Shown piece by piece: positions 20,197-30,490 of a stretch of 64,000 nt of DNA; the first letter of the stretch is position 1, and every line of letters starts with the position of its first letter. Below the pieces are notes generated by a model that worked only from the letters and a program-made list of their open reading frames with translations, was not told the origin of the DNA and made no database searches. The translations under genes were made by a program, and so were the position numbers. The DNA is from Candidatus Dormiibacterota bacterium (GTDB lineage: Bacteria; Eisenbacteria; RBG-16-71-46; SZUA-252): the NCBI GenBank assembly GCA_035635575.1, contig DASQAV010000131.1, positions 9,860 to 73,859 on the forward strand, written 5' to 3'.

Positions 20197-21509
20197 GGTC
20201 CTCGATCCCGCGCGCGGCATCGACCGCGTCCAGGATCTCTGGATCGTGGACGGGAAGATCGCCGGCCTGGGGGAGGACGCCCCCGCGGACGTGCGGTCCG
20301 ACCGCGCCGCCGAGGTGCTGTCGGTGAAGGGTGCCGTGATCTGCCCCGGGCTCGTGGACATCCACGTGCACCTGCGCGAGCCGGGACAGGAGGAGAAGGA
20401 GACGATCGAATCGGGAACCCTGGCCGCGGCGCGCGGCGGGTTCACCACGGTCGCCTGCATGCCGAACACCACCCCGCCGCTCGATGACCGGCCGAGGATC
20501 GAGTACGTGATCCGGCGCGCGCGCGAGAGCGGGCACGCGCGCGTCCATCCGATCGCGGCGGTGACCCGCGGACAGATGGGCGAATCGCTGACCGAGATCG
20601 AGGAGCTGGTCGAGGCGGGAGCGGTCGCGATCTCCGACGACGGAAAGCCGGTGCGGAACGCGGAGATCATGCGCCGCGCGCTCGAGCTGACCCGCCCCCT
20701 GGGGATTCCGGTCATCCAGCACGCCGAGGATCCCGATCTCAAGGGGGACGGCGTCATGCACGAGGGTTGGACGTCCACGCGGCTCGGGATGAAGGGAATC
20801 CCGGACGCGGCGGAATCGGTGATCGTCGCGCGTGACGCGCTGCTCGCCGAGCTGACGGGCGGGCACGTGCACGTGGCGCACGTGAGCGCGGGGCGCTCCA
20901 CGGAGATCATCCGGCGCGCCAAGGCCCGCGGCATCCGCATGACCGCGGAGACAGCGCCTCATTACCTGCTCCTCACGGATGAGGCGGTCGAGGGCTTCGA
21001 TCCCCGCACCAAGATGAACCCGCCGCTCCGGAGCGCCAAGGATCGCGAGGCGCTGCTCGAGGCGGTGGTGGACGGCACCCTCGATTGCCTCGCCACCGAC
21101 CACGCTCCCCATACCGACTTCGAGAAGGACTCCGATTTCGACTCCGCCCCCTTCGGGATCGTGGGGCTGGAGACGGCTCTGGGGATCTACCTCAAGGCGC
21201 TCGTCGAGCCGAAACTCCTGTCCTTGCCGGAACTGATCATGCGGATGACGGTGAATCCGCTCCGCGTGCTCGGGCTTCCCGGCGGGACGCTGGAGGCGGG
21301 CGCGCCCGCGGACGTGACGGTGTTCGACCCCTCACGGCGATGGACGGTCCGGGCCGAGGAATTCGCGTCGAAGGGCCGGAATACTCCGTTTCAGGGGTGG
21401 GAGCTTCCGGGACAGGTGCTGGTGACGATGATGGGGGGCCGGGTCACCTATCGCGCCGAGACCCTGCTGGCTGGCGCCCGATAGCGGGCTCCGGGGTTCT
21501 AGTGGTACC

Positions 21510-23267
21510 ATGGCGCCGTTCATGCGAACCCCGCACCCCAGATCGCCGGGACCCCAGATTCTCGTCGCACTCCTCCTCGTCACCTTCACCGGTTGCGCGT
21601 ACTACAACACGTTTTATCTCGCCAAGCGGTACATGCGCGAAGGCCAGAAGGCCCAGGACCGCTTCCTCCTGGACACGCCCGCCCCGGAGGCCGTGGGGAA
21701 GTACGACGGCGTCATCCGGCAGTGCGCCAAGATCCTGGTCGACTATCCCAAGAGCAAGTGGGTGGACGACGCGGTCTATTACATGGGCGCGGCGCTCTAT
21801 GGAAAGGGCGATTATCCGGCGGCGATCAAGAAATTCGGCGAGCTTCGGGCCAGCTTCCCCAAGAGCCCTTACGTGCCCGACTCCAAGCTGATGGAGGCGC
21901 TCTCGCTCTACCGGCGGAAGGAATACGTCGAGGCGGAAACGATGTTCCGCCAGGTCGAGACCCAGCATCCCAACCTCAAGCGCAAGTGGGAGCTCTACTA
22001 CTACGGAGCCGAAGACGAGGTGGGACTCAGGAATTATCCCGCCGCCCTCGCCTGGTACAAGCGCGCCGCGGAGACCGCCCAGAGCAAGCGGCAGCGCGCG
22101 AGAGCTCTGAGGCGCATGGGGGACGCGCACATGGCGAGCAAGGACTACCAGAGCGCGCAGGCGGACTACGCACAGGCGCTCAAGAACGAGGATCTCGGAG
22201 CCCGCCGGCTGGACCTGGCGCTCCAGCGAGGCGATGCGCTGGAACAGCTCAAGCATTACGACGAGGCGCTCTCCTGGTACGACAGCTGGAGGCCCTTCGC
22301 GGTGAACGAGAAGCGCGAGGGTGAGATTCTCATCCGGCGCTACGCGCTCCAGACGGTGATGGGGCGCACTCATGAGGCGATCGAGGGATACCAGGCGCTG
22401 GTGACGCAGTACCCGCGCAGCGCCATCGCCTACGAGTCGCAATTCCGGCTGGGATATCTCTATGAGTCGCAGCTGGGGGATTTCGACGCGGCCGGCCGCG
22501 AGTACGAGAAGCTGAAGGCGGAGCCCGCTCCCTCCGAATTTCAGGTGCAGGCCTCGCGGCGCGCCGCGAACCTCGCGACGATCAAGCAGTACCGATCCAC
22601 GCTCCTCTCGGACACGACGCAGGCGCGCGCGCGGGCGGCGTTCCTGCTCGCGGAGATCTACTATTTCCAGATCGAGCGGGTGGACTCGGCCATGCTCCAG
22701 TACGAGGCCGTGGAGCGCGGATTTGGCTCAAGCCCGTACGCGGCCAAGGCCGCCTTCGCCAGGCTCTGGATCCAGACCCACGACAAGGGAGACACGCTGG
22801 CCGCCGCCGCCCTCACCGACACGATCGCGAGCCGCTACCGCAGGACGCGGTACGCCGAGTCCGCGCTCTATCTCTGGCGCCAGTGGAGCGGGCGGAGCGA
22901 CGCGAGGACGGCGCTCCTGGATTCCCTGGTCGCGAATCCGGATACGACCGTGATCCGCGAGCGCCTGGAGCAGCCCGAGCCTCAGGTGAATATTTCCCCG
23001 GCGGACAGCACACGGCCGGTGATCTTCGAGACCCCGGGGCAGATCGCGGAGCGGGCGCGCCAGGATTCGCTCGCCGCGTACACCCGCGCGCTCTACCGCG
23101 CGAGGCGCCAGGGGCTGCCGCTGCCGCCTCCGCTCCCTCGGGTCACGCACCCCGCCGACGCGGACACGTCCCAAACCAGGAGCCCCGCGGCTCCGAAGCC
23201 GCCCGAACCGACAACCGGAGCGCCGCCCGACACGACCACCGGACCCACCATCGGACCCTCGCGATGA
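21510..23267 (+). CDS. TPR-repeat lipoprotein (BamD/YbgF-like repeat architecture, extended Pro-rich C-terminus)
   Basis: Signal peptide with lipobox LVTFTG|C. Multiple TPR units. C-terminal low-complexity P/T-rich tail. Its stop overlaps the pyrK ATG (ATGA). Confidence 0.6.
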   Translation: MAPFMRTPHPRSPGPQILVALLLVTFTGCAYYNTFYLAKRYMREGQKAQDRFLLDTPAPEAVGKYDGVIRQCAKILVDYPKSKWVDDAVYYMGAALYGKGDYPAAIKKFGELRASFPKSPYVPDSKLMEALSLYRRKEYVEAETMFRQVETQHPNLKRKWELYYYGAEDEVGLRNYPAALAWYKRAAETAQSKRQRARALRRMGDAHMASKDYQSAQADYAQALKNEDLGARRLDLALQRGDALEQLKHYDEALSWYDSWRPFAVNEKREGEILIRRYALQTVMGRTHEAIEGYQALVTQYPRSAIAYESQFRLGYLYESQLGDFDAAGREYEKLKAEPAPSEFQVQASRRAANLATIKQYRSTLLSDTTQARARAAFLLAEIYYFQIERVDSAMLQYEAVERGFGSSPYAAKAAFARLWIQTHDKGDTLAAAALTDTIASRYRRTRYAESALYLWRQWSGRSDARTALLDSLVANPDTTVIRERLEQPEPQVNISPADSTRPVIFETPGQIAERARQDSLAAYTRALYRARRQGLPLPPPLPRVTHPADADTSQTRSPAAPKPPEPTTGAPPDTTTGPTIGPSR

Positions 23268-24076
23268 ATCTCGTCGGGTGTTCGGTGGTCGAGAACCGCG
23301 AGATCACGCCCGGTAATTTCCTCCTCACGCTCAAGGTTCCCCGCGGATTCGCGCGGCCCGAGCCCGGACAGTTCGTGCATCTGCGCGTCTCTCCGGAATC
23401 GGAGCCCCTGCTCCGGCGGCCCTACAGCCTGGAAGGCTTCGTCGAGCGCGGGAAGATCCGCGCCGTGCGCATCTACTACTCCGTGGTGGGCCGAGGCTCC
23501 CGGGTGCTCGCGTCGCAGCCCAAGGGTCAGGAGCTGGATCTCATCGGCCCCCTGGGCCTGGGCTTCACGCCGCGGCCGCGCCGCGCGCCCATCCTCGTCG
23601 CCGGCGGGCGCGGCGTGGCCCCCTTGCTCTTCTTTGCCCGGAGGCTCCGCGAGAAGAAGCGCCCCTTTCTCTTCCTCTTCGGCGCGCGCTCCGCACGCGA
23701 GCTCTACGGAGTCCGCGAGATCCGAGGCGGAAGGATCCACCTCGCCACCGACGACGGGTCGGTCGGCTATCACGGAAGCGTGCTCGATCTCCTGAAGCAA
23801 CAGTGGGAGGCAGGGGAGCACACGCGGCTCACGGCGGAGATCTTCACGTGCGGCCCGCACGGACTCCTCCACGAGGTCGCGGCGTTCGCCGGGGAGCTCG
23901 GGATCCGCTGCGAGGCCTCGCTGGAAGGGCCGATGGCCTGCGCCGTCGGGGCCTGCCGCGGATGTCCCGTGCCGCTCCTCTCGGGCGCCGACGGAGACGG
24001 CGGGCGCTATCCCGCGATGTGCATCGAGGGGCCGGTCATGGACGCCACGATCGTGGACTGGGAGCGGCTGCCGTGA
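23264..24076 (+). CDS. pyrK: Dihydroorotate dehydrogenase electron-transfer subunit (FAD/NAD-binding, 2Fe-2S)
   Basis: Ferredoxin-reductase-type fold with R-x-Y-S FAD motif (RRPYSL) and C-terminal Cys cluster CAVGACRGC…C for 2Fe-2S. Start taken at ATG 23264; the tracked ORF extends upstream through the TPR gene in another frame. Confidence 0.8.
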   Translation: MNLVGCSVVENREITPGNFLLTLKVPRGFARPEPGQFVHLRVSPESEPLLRRPYSLEGFVERGKIRAVRIYYSVVGRGSRVLASQPKGQELDLIGPLGLGFTPRPRRAPILVAGGRGVAPLLFFARRLREKKRPFLFLFGARSARELYGVREIRGGRIHLATDDGSVGYHGSVLDLLKQQWEAGEHTRLTAEIFTCGPHGLLHEVAAFAGELGIRCEASLEGPMACAVGACRGCPVPLLSGADGDGGRYPAMCIEGPVMDATIVDWERLP

Positions 24077-25032
24077 CGCCCTCGCCGTCGCTCACGGTCC
24101 GTGTCGGATCGCTCACGCTCCGGAATCCCGTGCTCGTGGCGTCCGGGATCATTGGGTATGGAATCGAGTACGAGCGCCTGGTGGACCTGAGCGCGATCGG
24201 CGGAATCGTGACCAAGACCGTGACGCGGCACGCCCGCGCCGGGAACCCGCCGCCGCGCGTCGTGGAAACTCCGGCGGGGATGCTGAACTCGATCGGAATC
24301 GAGAATCCGGGGCTCGAGGGATTCCTCGAGCTCAAGGTGCCCATCCTCCGGGAGCTTCCCTGCGCCGTGATCGTCTCGGTGGAGGGAGAGGACGTCCGGG
24401 AGTTCTGCGAGCTGGTCGAAGGGGTGAGCGGCTCCGGGGTGGCGCACGCGATCGAGGTGAACATCTCCTGCCCGAACGTGGGCCCGCACGGCCTCCGGTA
24501 CTCGACCGACGCCGACATGGCGCGCGAGGTCATGAGCGCGATCCGCCCACTCACCAGGCTGCCGCTCATCGCGAAGCTCACGCCCAACGTGACCCGGATC
24601 GCCGAGATCGCCGTGGCATGCGAGTCTTGTGGAGCCGACGCGGTCTCGCTCGTGAACACGTTCGTGGGGATGGCGGTCGATTCCCGGACGCGGAAGCCCA
24701 TCCTGGGCACGGTGGTGGGCGGCCTCTCGGGACCGGCCATCAAGCCTCTCGCCCTGGCCAAGGTGTGGGAGGTGGTGCAGGCGGTGGACGTCCCCGTGAT
24801 CGGAATGGGCGGGATCACGCATCCCCGGGACGCGATCGAGTTCCTCCTCGTGGGCTCGACCGCCGTCCAGGTGGGCACCGCGCTCTTCTCGAATCCGGAG
24901 CTGGCGGAGGCGTGCGTCGCGGAGATCGAGGCCTACGCGCGACGGGCCGAGGTTCCCTCCGTGGCGGACCTCATCGGAGCGCTGGACGTTCCCGCCGAGC
25001 GCGGGATGATCCGCGCCGGGAAAATCCTCTGA
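24073..25032 (+). CDS. pyrD: Dihydroorotate dehydrogenase catalytic subunit (class 1B)
   Basis: GTG overlaps the pyrK stop. Conserved LRNPVLVASG, NSIG(I)EN(P)G, catalytic Cys loop NISCPNV and GGI…D(A) FMN-binding motifs. Confidence 0.85.
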   Translation: MTPSPSLTVRVGSLTLRNPVLVASGIIGYGIEYERLVDLSAIGGIVTKTVTRHARAGNPPPRVVETPAGMLNSIGIENPGLEGFLELKVPILRELPCAVIVSVEGEDVREFCELVEGVSGSGVAHAIEVNISCPNVGPHGLRYSTDADMAREVMSAIRPLTRLPLIAKLTPNVTRIAEIAVACESCGADAVSLVNTFVGMAVDSRTRKPILGTVVGGLSGPAIKPLALAKVWEVVQAVDVPVIGMGGITHPRDAIEFLLVGSTAVQVGTALFSNPELAEACVAEIEAYARRAEVPSVADLIGALDVPAERGMIRAGKIL

Positions 25033-25757
25033 GCGGGCTCCGCGACAGGCTCATCGTCGCGCTCGACCGCCCGGATCTCGCGTCGGCCCTGGCTCAGGTG
25101 GACCGCATCGGCGACTCCGTGGCATGGTATAAGGTGGGGCTGGAGCTGTTCTATGCCGCGGGGCGGCCGGCCGTCCAGGCGCTTGCCGACCGGGGCAAGC
25201 GGGTGTTTCTGGACCTCAAGCTTCACGACATTCCCGCGACGGTGGGAAAGGCGGTCGGTGCCCTGGAAGGGCTTCCGATCTCGCTCCTGAACGTGCACGC
25301 GGCCGGGGGGCCCGCGATGCTCCGCTCCGCGGTGGAAGCCGCTCGAGGCCTCACGGCGCGGCCGCGCGTTCTCGGGGTCACGATGCTCACGAGCCTCGAC
25401 GGCTCCGAGCTTCCGGCGCTCTGGAATCCCACGACCGATCTGGTATCGAAGGTGCTGGCGCTGGCGCGGGTGTGCCGCGAGGCGGGCTGCGACGGCGTGA
25501 TCGCCTCGCCCCAGGAGCTCGTGGCCTTGCGCCGCGAGCACCAGCCCCCCTTCGTGATCCTGACCCCCGGCATCCGGGGGCCGGGGGATCCGTCGCAGGA
25601 TCAGAAGCGGACGCTCTCGCTTCCCGAGGCCATCGGGCGCGGAGCCGACTTCATCGTGGTCGGAAGGCCCATCTCGGAGGCGAGCGATCCCCGGGCCGTC
25701 GTGGCCGCGTACGAAGCATCCCTGGCGTCGAGCCCTACGGAAAGGACCCAAGCATGA
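25029..25757 (+). CDS. pyrF: Orotidine-5'-phosphate decarboxylase
   Basis: Motifs LIVALD, FLDLKLHDIP(A)TV and the catalytic D/K/D/K array. No canonical ATG/GTG near the expected N-terminus, so the start is uncertain (CTG at about 25029 or 25038, overlapping the pyrD stop). The stop overlaps the gmd ATG (ATGA). Confidence 0.7.
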   Translation: MSGLRDRLIVALDRPDLASALAQVDRIGDSVAWYKVGLELFYAAGRPAVQALADRGKRVFLDLKLHDIPATVGKAVGALEGLPISLLNVHAAGGPAMLRSAVEAARGLTARPRVLGVTMLTSLDGSELPALWNPTTDLVSKVLALARVCREAGCDGVIASPQELVALRREHQPPFVILTPGIRGPGDPSQDQKRTLSLPEAIGRGADFIVVGRPISEASDPRAVVAAYEASLASSPTERTQA

Positions 25758-26707
25758 AGGTTCTGGTCACGGGGATCACCGGCTTCGCCGGCAGCCACCT
25801 CGTGGACTACATGCTGGCGGAGAAGAAGGGCGTCGAGATCGTCGGGATCCAGCGCTGGAGAAGCCGCACCGAGAACGTGGAGCACTTCCTGGACAAGGTG
25901 CGCATGGTGGAATGCGACCTGCGCGACGCCTCCTCGGTGCGCGACGTGCTCGACGCGGAACGCCCGGAATGGATCTTCCATCTCGCCGCCCAGAGCTTCG
26001 TGCCGACCTCCTGGACCGCGCCCACCGAATCCCTGATCACCAACATCATCGGGCAGCTCAACATCTTCGAGGCCGTGAAGAAGCTCCACATCCTGCCGCG
26101 CATCCAGCTCGCCTGCTCCAGCGAGGAGTACGGCATGGTGTACGAGAACGAGCTTCCCATCCAGGAGACCAATCCGCTCCGCCCGCTTTCCCCCTACGCG
26201 GTGAGCAAGGTCGGGCAGGACATGCTGGGCTACCAGTACTTCATGAGCTTCAAGCTGCCGGTCATCCGCACGCGCGGGTTCAACCACGAAGGGCCGCGGC
26301 GCGGGCCCGTGTTCGTCTGCTCCGATTTCGCGAAGCAGATCGCGGACATCGAGAAGGGCCGGCGGCCGCCCGTGATCCGCGTGGGAAATCTGGACGCGCG
26401 CCGGGATTTTACCGACGTGCGCGACATCGTGCGCGCCTACTGGCTGGCGCTCGAGAAGGGCGAGCCGGGCGAGGTGTACAACCTCTGCTCGGGGCGCGCG
26501 TGGAAGATCCGCGAGATGCTCGACCTGCTCCTGAGCATGACGAAGGTGAAGGTGAAGGTGGAGCAGGATCCGGCCCGCATGCGTCCCTCCGACGTGCCGG
26601 TCCTGCTCGGGGACGCCGCCAAGTTCACGAAGGTGACCGGGTGGAAGCCCACGATCCCCTTCGAGACCACGCTGCGCGATCTTCTGGAGTACTGGAGGGC
26701 CCGCTAA
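25754..26707 (+). CDS. gmd: GDP-mannose 4,6-dehydratase (short-chain dehydrogenase/reductase, extended family)
   Basis: N-terminal Rossmann VLVTGITGFAGSHL. SPYAVSK Y-x3-K catalytic motif. Gmd-specific FNHEGPRRG block and GNLDARRDFTDVRD. 317 aa. Confidence 0.75.
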   Translation: MKVLVTGITGFAGSHLVDYMLAEKKGVEIVGIQRWRSRTENVEHFLDKVRMVECDLRDASSVRDVLDAERPEWIFHLAAQSFVPTSWTAPTESLITNIIGQLNIFEAVKKLHILPRIQLACSSEEYGMVYENELPIQETNPLRPLSPYAVSKVGQDMLGYQYFMSFKLPVIRTRGFNHEGPRRGPVFVCSDFAKQIADIEKGRRPPVIRVGNLDARRDFTDVRDIVRAYWLALEKGEPGEVYNLCSGRAWKIREMLDLLLSMTKVKVKVEQDPARMRPSDVPVLLGDAAKFTKVTGWKPTIPFETTLRDLLEYWRAR

Positions 26708-26711
26708 GGCC

Positions 26712-27686
26712 TTGCGCACGCTCATCACCGGCGTCGCGGGCTTCGTGGGACGCCACCTCGCGCACGAGCTGGCGAAGGATCCCGACGAGGAGCTGAACGG
26801 CACCGATCACATCGAGCTCGGCGGGTCCGAGGCGGACGAGGTGCTCCGCTGCCATCTCAAGAGTCACCGGCCGCTGGACGTCACGATTTTCGAGCAGGTC
26901 CGCGGGTGCATGCTGGAATCGAAGCCCGACCGGATCGTCCATCTCGCCGCCCAGGCCTCCGGCTCCGAGTCGCTCCGGAGACCCGCCGAGACCTACAAGG
27001 TGAACGCGATCGGCGCGCTCAACGTCCTCGAGGCGGCGCGGCTGGAATTGCCGGACGCCACGATTCTTCTCGTGGGCTCGGCGGACGTCTACGGCTCGGG
27101 CGTGCCGGGTCAGAAGCTCCGGGAAGACACTCCGTTCAAGCCGATCAACGCCTACGCGCTGAGCAAGGTGGCGCAGGACTCCCTGGGGGAGCTCTACGCC
27201 AAGAGCTACGGCCTTCGCGTCATCCGCACCCGCACCTTCAGCCACACCGGGCCGGGCCAGAACCCGCGCTTCGCGCTGGCGGGCTGGGCCGACCAGCTGG
27301 CGCGCATCCACGCCGGGCTGGTCGCGGCGGAGATCAAGGTGGGGAATCTGGAGGGGGTGCGCGACTACGGGGACGTGCGGGACGTCGTCCGCGCGTACCG
27401 GCTCCTTCTCAAGCAGGGGGAGCCGGCCCAAGCCTATAATGTCTGCACCGGTCACGGGCACATCATGCGCCATCTGCTCGACAGCCTCTGCGCGATCGCG
27501 GGATTCAAGCCCACGATCGTCCAGGATCCGGTGCGGGTGCGCTCGCGCGACTCGGATTTTCTCGTCGGCGATCCGGGGAAGATCCAGGCCACGACCGGCT
27601 GGGTTCCCGAGATTCCGATCGAGCGCACGCTGGAGGATCTCTATCGGGACGCGCGCGAGCGGGTGCGGCGCGAGACCGGGAGCTGA
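26712..27686 (+). CDS. rmd: GDP-4-dehydro-6-deoxy-D-mannose reductase-like SDR (Rmd-like)
   Basis: TTG start. LITGVAGFVGRHL, NAYALSK, FSHTGPGQ and C-terminal YNVCTG…IVQDP…TGW are the features that distinguish Rmd from Gmd. 324 aa. Confidence 0.65.
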   Translation: MRTLITGVAGFVGRHLAHELAKDPDEELNGTDHIELGGSEADEVLRCHLKSHRPLDVTIFEQVRGCMLESKPDRIVHLAAQASGSESLRRPAETYKVNAIGALNVLEAARLELPDATILLVGSADVYGSGVPGQKLREDTPFKPINAYALSKVAQDSLGELYAKSYGLRVIRTRTFSHTGPGQNPRFALAGWADQLARIHAGLVAAEIKVGNLEGVRDYGDVRDVVRAYRLLLKQGEPAQAYNVCTGHGHIMRHLLDSLCAIAGFKPTIVQDPVRVRSRDSDFLVGDPGKIQATTGWVPEIPIERTLEDLYRDARERVRRETGS

Positions 27687-27694
27687 GGGGCGGG

Positions 27695-28996
27695 TTGCGC
27701 ATCGTCGTCGTGGGAACCGGATACGTGGGGCTGGTCAGCGGGGCCGGGCTGGCCGATTTCGGGAACGAGGTGCTCTGCGTGGACGTCGACCGGAGCAAGA
27801 TCGACCTCCTCGAGCGCGGCGAGATTCCCTTCTACGAGCCCGGACTGAAAGACCTGGTCGCGCGGAACGTGCGCGAGCGGCGTCTCCGCTTCAGCACGTC
27901 GCTGGAGCAGGCGACGCGCTGGGGCGAGGTCATCTTCATCTGCGTTGGGACGCCCCCGCGGCGGAACGGAACCGCCGACATGCGGGCGGTCTACGACGTG
28001 GCGAAGAACGTGGCGCAGGCCATGCCCGGCTACCGGCTCATCGTGCAGAAGAGCACCGTGCCCGTGGGAACCGGGGACAAAGTGCGCGCCCTCTTGAAGA
28101 AGCACCGGAGACGCGGCGTGCCCTTCGACGTGGCCAGCAATCCCGAGTTTCTCCGCGAGGGCTCGGCGGTTGAAAATTTCATGCGCCCGGACCGGATCGT
28201 CATCGGCGCGAACACGGAGAAGGCGCGGAAGCTCCTGAAGAGCATCTACGCGCCCCTGTACCTGCTCGAGACCCCGACCCTGCTCACGGGCGTGCGCACG
28301 GCGGAGCTCTTGAAATACGCGGCCAACGCGTTTCTCGCGACGAAGATCTCCTTCGTGAACGAGATGGCCAATCTGGCCGAGGCGGTCGGAGCGGACATCC
28401 AGGACGTCGCGAAGGGGATGGGGCTGGACCGGCGCATCGGGCCCAAGTTCCTGCATCCGGGTCCGGGATTCGGCGGCTCCTGCCTGCCCAAGGACGCGGT
28501 GGCCCTGCGCGCGTTCGCCAAGGCGGCGGGCGTTCCGCTGCGGATCGTGGCCGCGGCCACCGAGGCGAACAAGGCGCAGCGCGGCGTGGCGATCCAGAAG
28601 ACGATGCAGGCACTCCGGGGACGCGGAACGCGCACGGCCGCGGTCCTGGGCCTGAGCTACAAGCCGGACACGGACGATCTTCGCGAGGCGCCCTCGCTCG
28701 AGATCATCCGGGCCCTGCTCAAGAAAGGCATCCGGGTGCGCGCATACGATCCCGCCGTGAGGCGCGGCAACCCCGAGGTTCCGGCAGGGGTGGTTTTCGG
28801 CGCCAATGCCTACGACGCCGCGAAGGGAGCCGACGTGCTGGTGCTGGTGACGGAATGGAACGAGTTCCGGAAGCTGGACCTCGTGAAGATTCGCCGGGCG
28901 ATGCGCCGGCGCGCGATCGTCGATCTTCGAAACGTCTACGATCCCGAGACGGTGCGAAAGCTCGGGTTCACGTACACCTCGGTGGGGAGGTCGTGA
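27695..28996 (+). CDS. ugd: UDP-glucose 6-dehydrogenase
   Basis: TTG start. N-terminal VVVGTGYVGLV, catalytic Cys motif GFGGSCLPKD, and the UDP-binding domain LGLSYKPDTDDLREAP. 433 aa. Confidence 0.85.
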   Translation: MRIVVVGTGYVGLVSGAGLADFGNEVLCVDVDRSKIDLLERGEIPFYEPGLKDLVARNVRERRLRFSTSLEQATRWGEVIFICVGTPPRRNGTADMRAVYDVAKNVAQAMPGYRLIVQKSTVPVGTGDKVRALLKKHRRRGVPFDVASNPEFLREGSAVENFMRPDRIVIGANTEKARKLLKSIYAPLYLLETPTLLTGVRTAELLKYAANAFLATKISFVNEMANLAEAVGADIQDVAKGMGLDRRIGPKFLHPGPGFGGSCLPKDAVALRAFAKAAGVPLRIVAAATEANKAQRGVAIQKTMQALRGRGTRTAAVLGLSYKPDTDDLREAPSLEIIRALLKKGIRVRAYDPAVRRGNPEVPAGVVFGANAYDAAKGADVLVLVTEWNEFRKLDLVKIRRAMRRRAIVDLRNVYDPETVRKLGFTYTSVGRS

Positions 28997-29457
28997 TGAA
29001 GTTGATCCAGGGCGTCCATGTCAAACCTCTAAAAGTCATAGCGGACGAGCGCGGCTACCTCATGGAGATGATGCGAAACGACGATCCCTTCTTCCAGCGC
29101 TTCGGCCAGTCCTACGTCTCGGTGGCCTATCCGGGCGTGGTGAAGGGGTGGCACTACCACAAGGTGCAGACCGATCACTTCGTGATCGTGAAGGGAATGA
29201 TGAAGGTGGTGCTCTACGATTCGCGGGAAGGCTCCCCCACGAAGGGGCTCATCAACGAGTTCTTCATGGGAGAGCGGAATCCCATCCTCGTCACCATCCC
29301 GCCGGGCGTGGTGCACGGCATGAAGGGCATCGGGACCGAGCCCGCCATGCTCGTGAACGTGCCGACCGAGACCTACAAGTACGACCAGCCCGACGAGTTC
29401 CGCATCGAGCCGCACTCGAAGGACATTCCGTACGACTGGGAGCGGAAGGATGGCTGA
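28996..29457 (+). CDS. Cupin-fold sugar-nucleotide epimerase/isomerase (dTDP-4-dehydrorhamnose 3,5-epimerase RmlC-like)
   Basis: ATG overlaps the ugd stop (GTGATGA). A 153-aa small cupin with conserved K-G-W-H-Y-H and His pair, typical of RmlC / WbcA-like 3,5-epimerases or 3,4-ketoisomerases. Confidence 0.55.
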   Translation: MKLIQGVHVKPLKVIADERGYLMEMMRNDDPFFQRFGQSYVSVAYPGVVKGWHYHKVQTDHFVIVKGMMKVVLYDSREGSPTKGLINEFFMGERNPILVTIPPGVVHGMKGIGTEPAMLVNVPTETYKYDQPDEFRIEPHSKDIPYDWERKDG

Positions 29458-30481
29458 GGCTCCGGACCTGACCCGCGCCCGATTCCTCGTCACGGGAGGA
29501 GCCGGGTTCATCGGGTCCAATTTCGTGCGGATGGTGCGGAAGCGCTTTCCCGATTCCCGCGTCACCGTGCTGGACAAGCTGACCTACGCGGGGAATCTGG
29601 CGAATCTGGAATCGATCGCGGGCGATGCGGGCTACCGGTTCGTGAAGGGAGACATCTGCGACCCGAAGTCGGTCGCGGAGGCGATGGAAGGGTGCGATCT
29701 CGTCGTGAATTTCGCCGCCGAGACCCACGTGGACCGCTCCATCGAGCGGGCGCACGAGTTCGTGCTCACCGATACGGTCGGGGTGTACGTGCTCCTCGAG
29801 GAAGCCCGCCGCGCCGGAGTGCGCCGGTTCGTGCAGGTCTCGACGGACGAGGTGTACGGGGAGATCCTGGGAGACGCGGCCACGGAGGAATCCCCGCTCC
29901 TCGCGCGAAATCCCTACGCCGCGTCGAAGATCGGAGGGGACCGGCTGGCGTACTCCTACTACGCGACCTTTGGCCTCCCGACCATCGTCACGCGATGCAG
30001 CAACAACTACGGGCCCTACCAGCACCCCGAGAAGCTGATCCCGCTCTTCGTGACGAACGCATTACAAGATATTCCCGTGCCCGTCTACGGAAGCGGGAAG
30101 AACACCCGGGACTGGATCCACGTGGATGATCACTGCGCCGCGATGCTCGCCCTCTTGCAGACGAAGGACGTGGAGGGAGAGACCTTCAACATCGGCGCGG
30201 GGAACGAGAAGTCGGTCCTCGAGATCACGTCCCTGATCCTGGATCGGTTGAAGAAGCCGAAGGGTTTGGTCAAGCACGTCACCGACCGGCCCGGGCACGA
30301 CCGGCGCTATGCCCTGGACGTGAGCAAGCTCCAGAAGCGGACGGGATTCACGCCGGGGATGAATTTCGAGCGCGGCATGAGCGCCACGATCGACTGGTAC
30401 GCCCAGAACCGCGCCTGGTGGGAATCGGTCCGTTCCGGAGAGTACCGCCAGTACTACGAGCGCATGTACGGAGCCCGCTAG
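29450..30481 (+). CDS. rmlB: dTDP-glucose 4,6-dehydratase
   Basis: VTGGAGFIGSNFV Rossmann motif. Catalytic TDEVYG and Y-x3-K (YAASK). RmlB-typical C-terminal region (…HDRRYALD…). 343 aa. Confidence 0.85.
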   Translation: MAEAPDLTRARFLVTGGAGFIGSNFVRMVRKRFPDSRVTVLDKLTYAGNLANLESIAGDAGYRFVKGDICDPKSVAEAMEGCDLVVNFAAETHVDRSIERAHEFVLTDTVGVYVLLEEARRAGVRRFVQVSTDEVYGEILGDAATEESPLLARNPYAASKIGGDRLAYSYYATFGLPTIVTRCSNNYGPYQHPEKLIPLFVTNALQDIPVPVYGSGKNTRDWIHVDDHCAAMLALLQTKDVEGETFNIGAGNEKSVLEITSLILDRLKKPKGLVKHVTDRPGHDRRYALDVSKLQKRTGFTPGMNFERGMSATIDWYAQNRAWWESVRSGEYRQYYERMYGAR

Positions 30482-30490
30482 GGAATTCCG

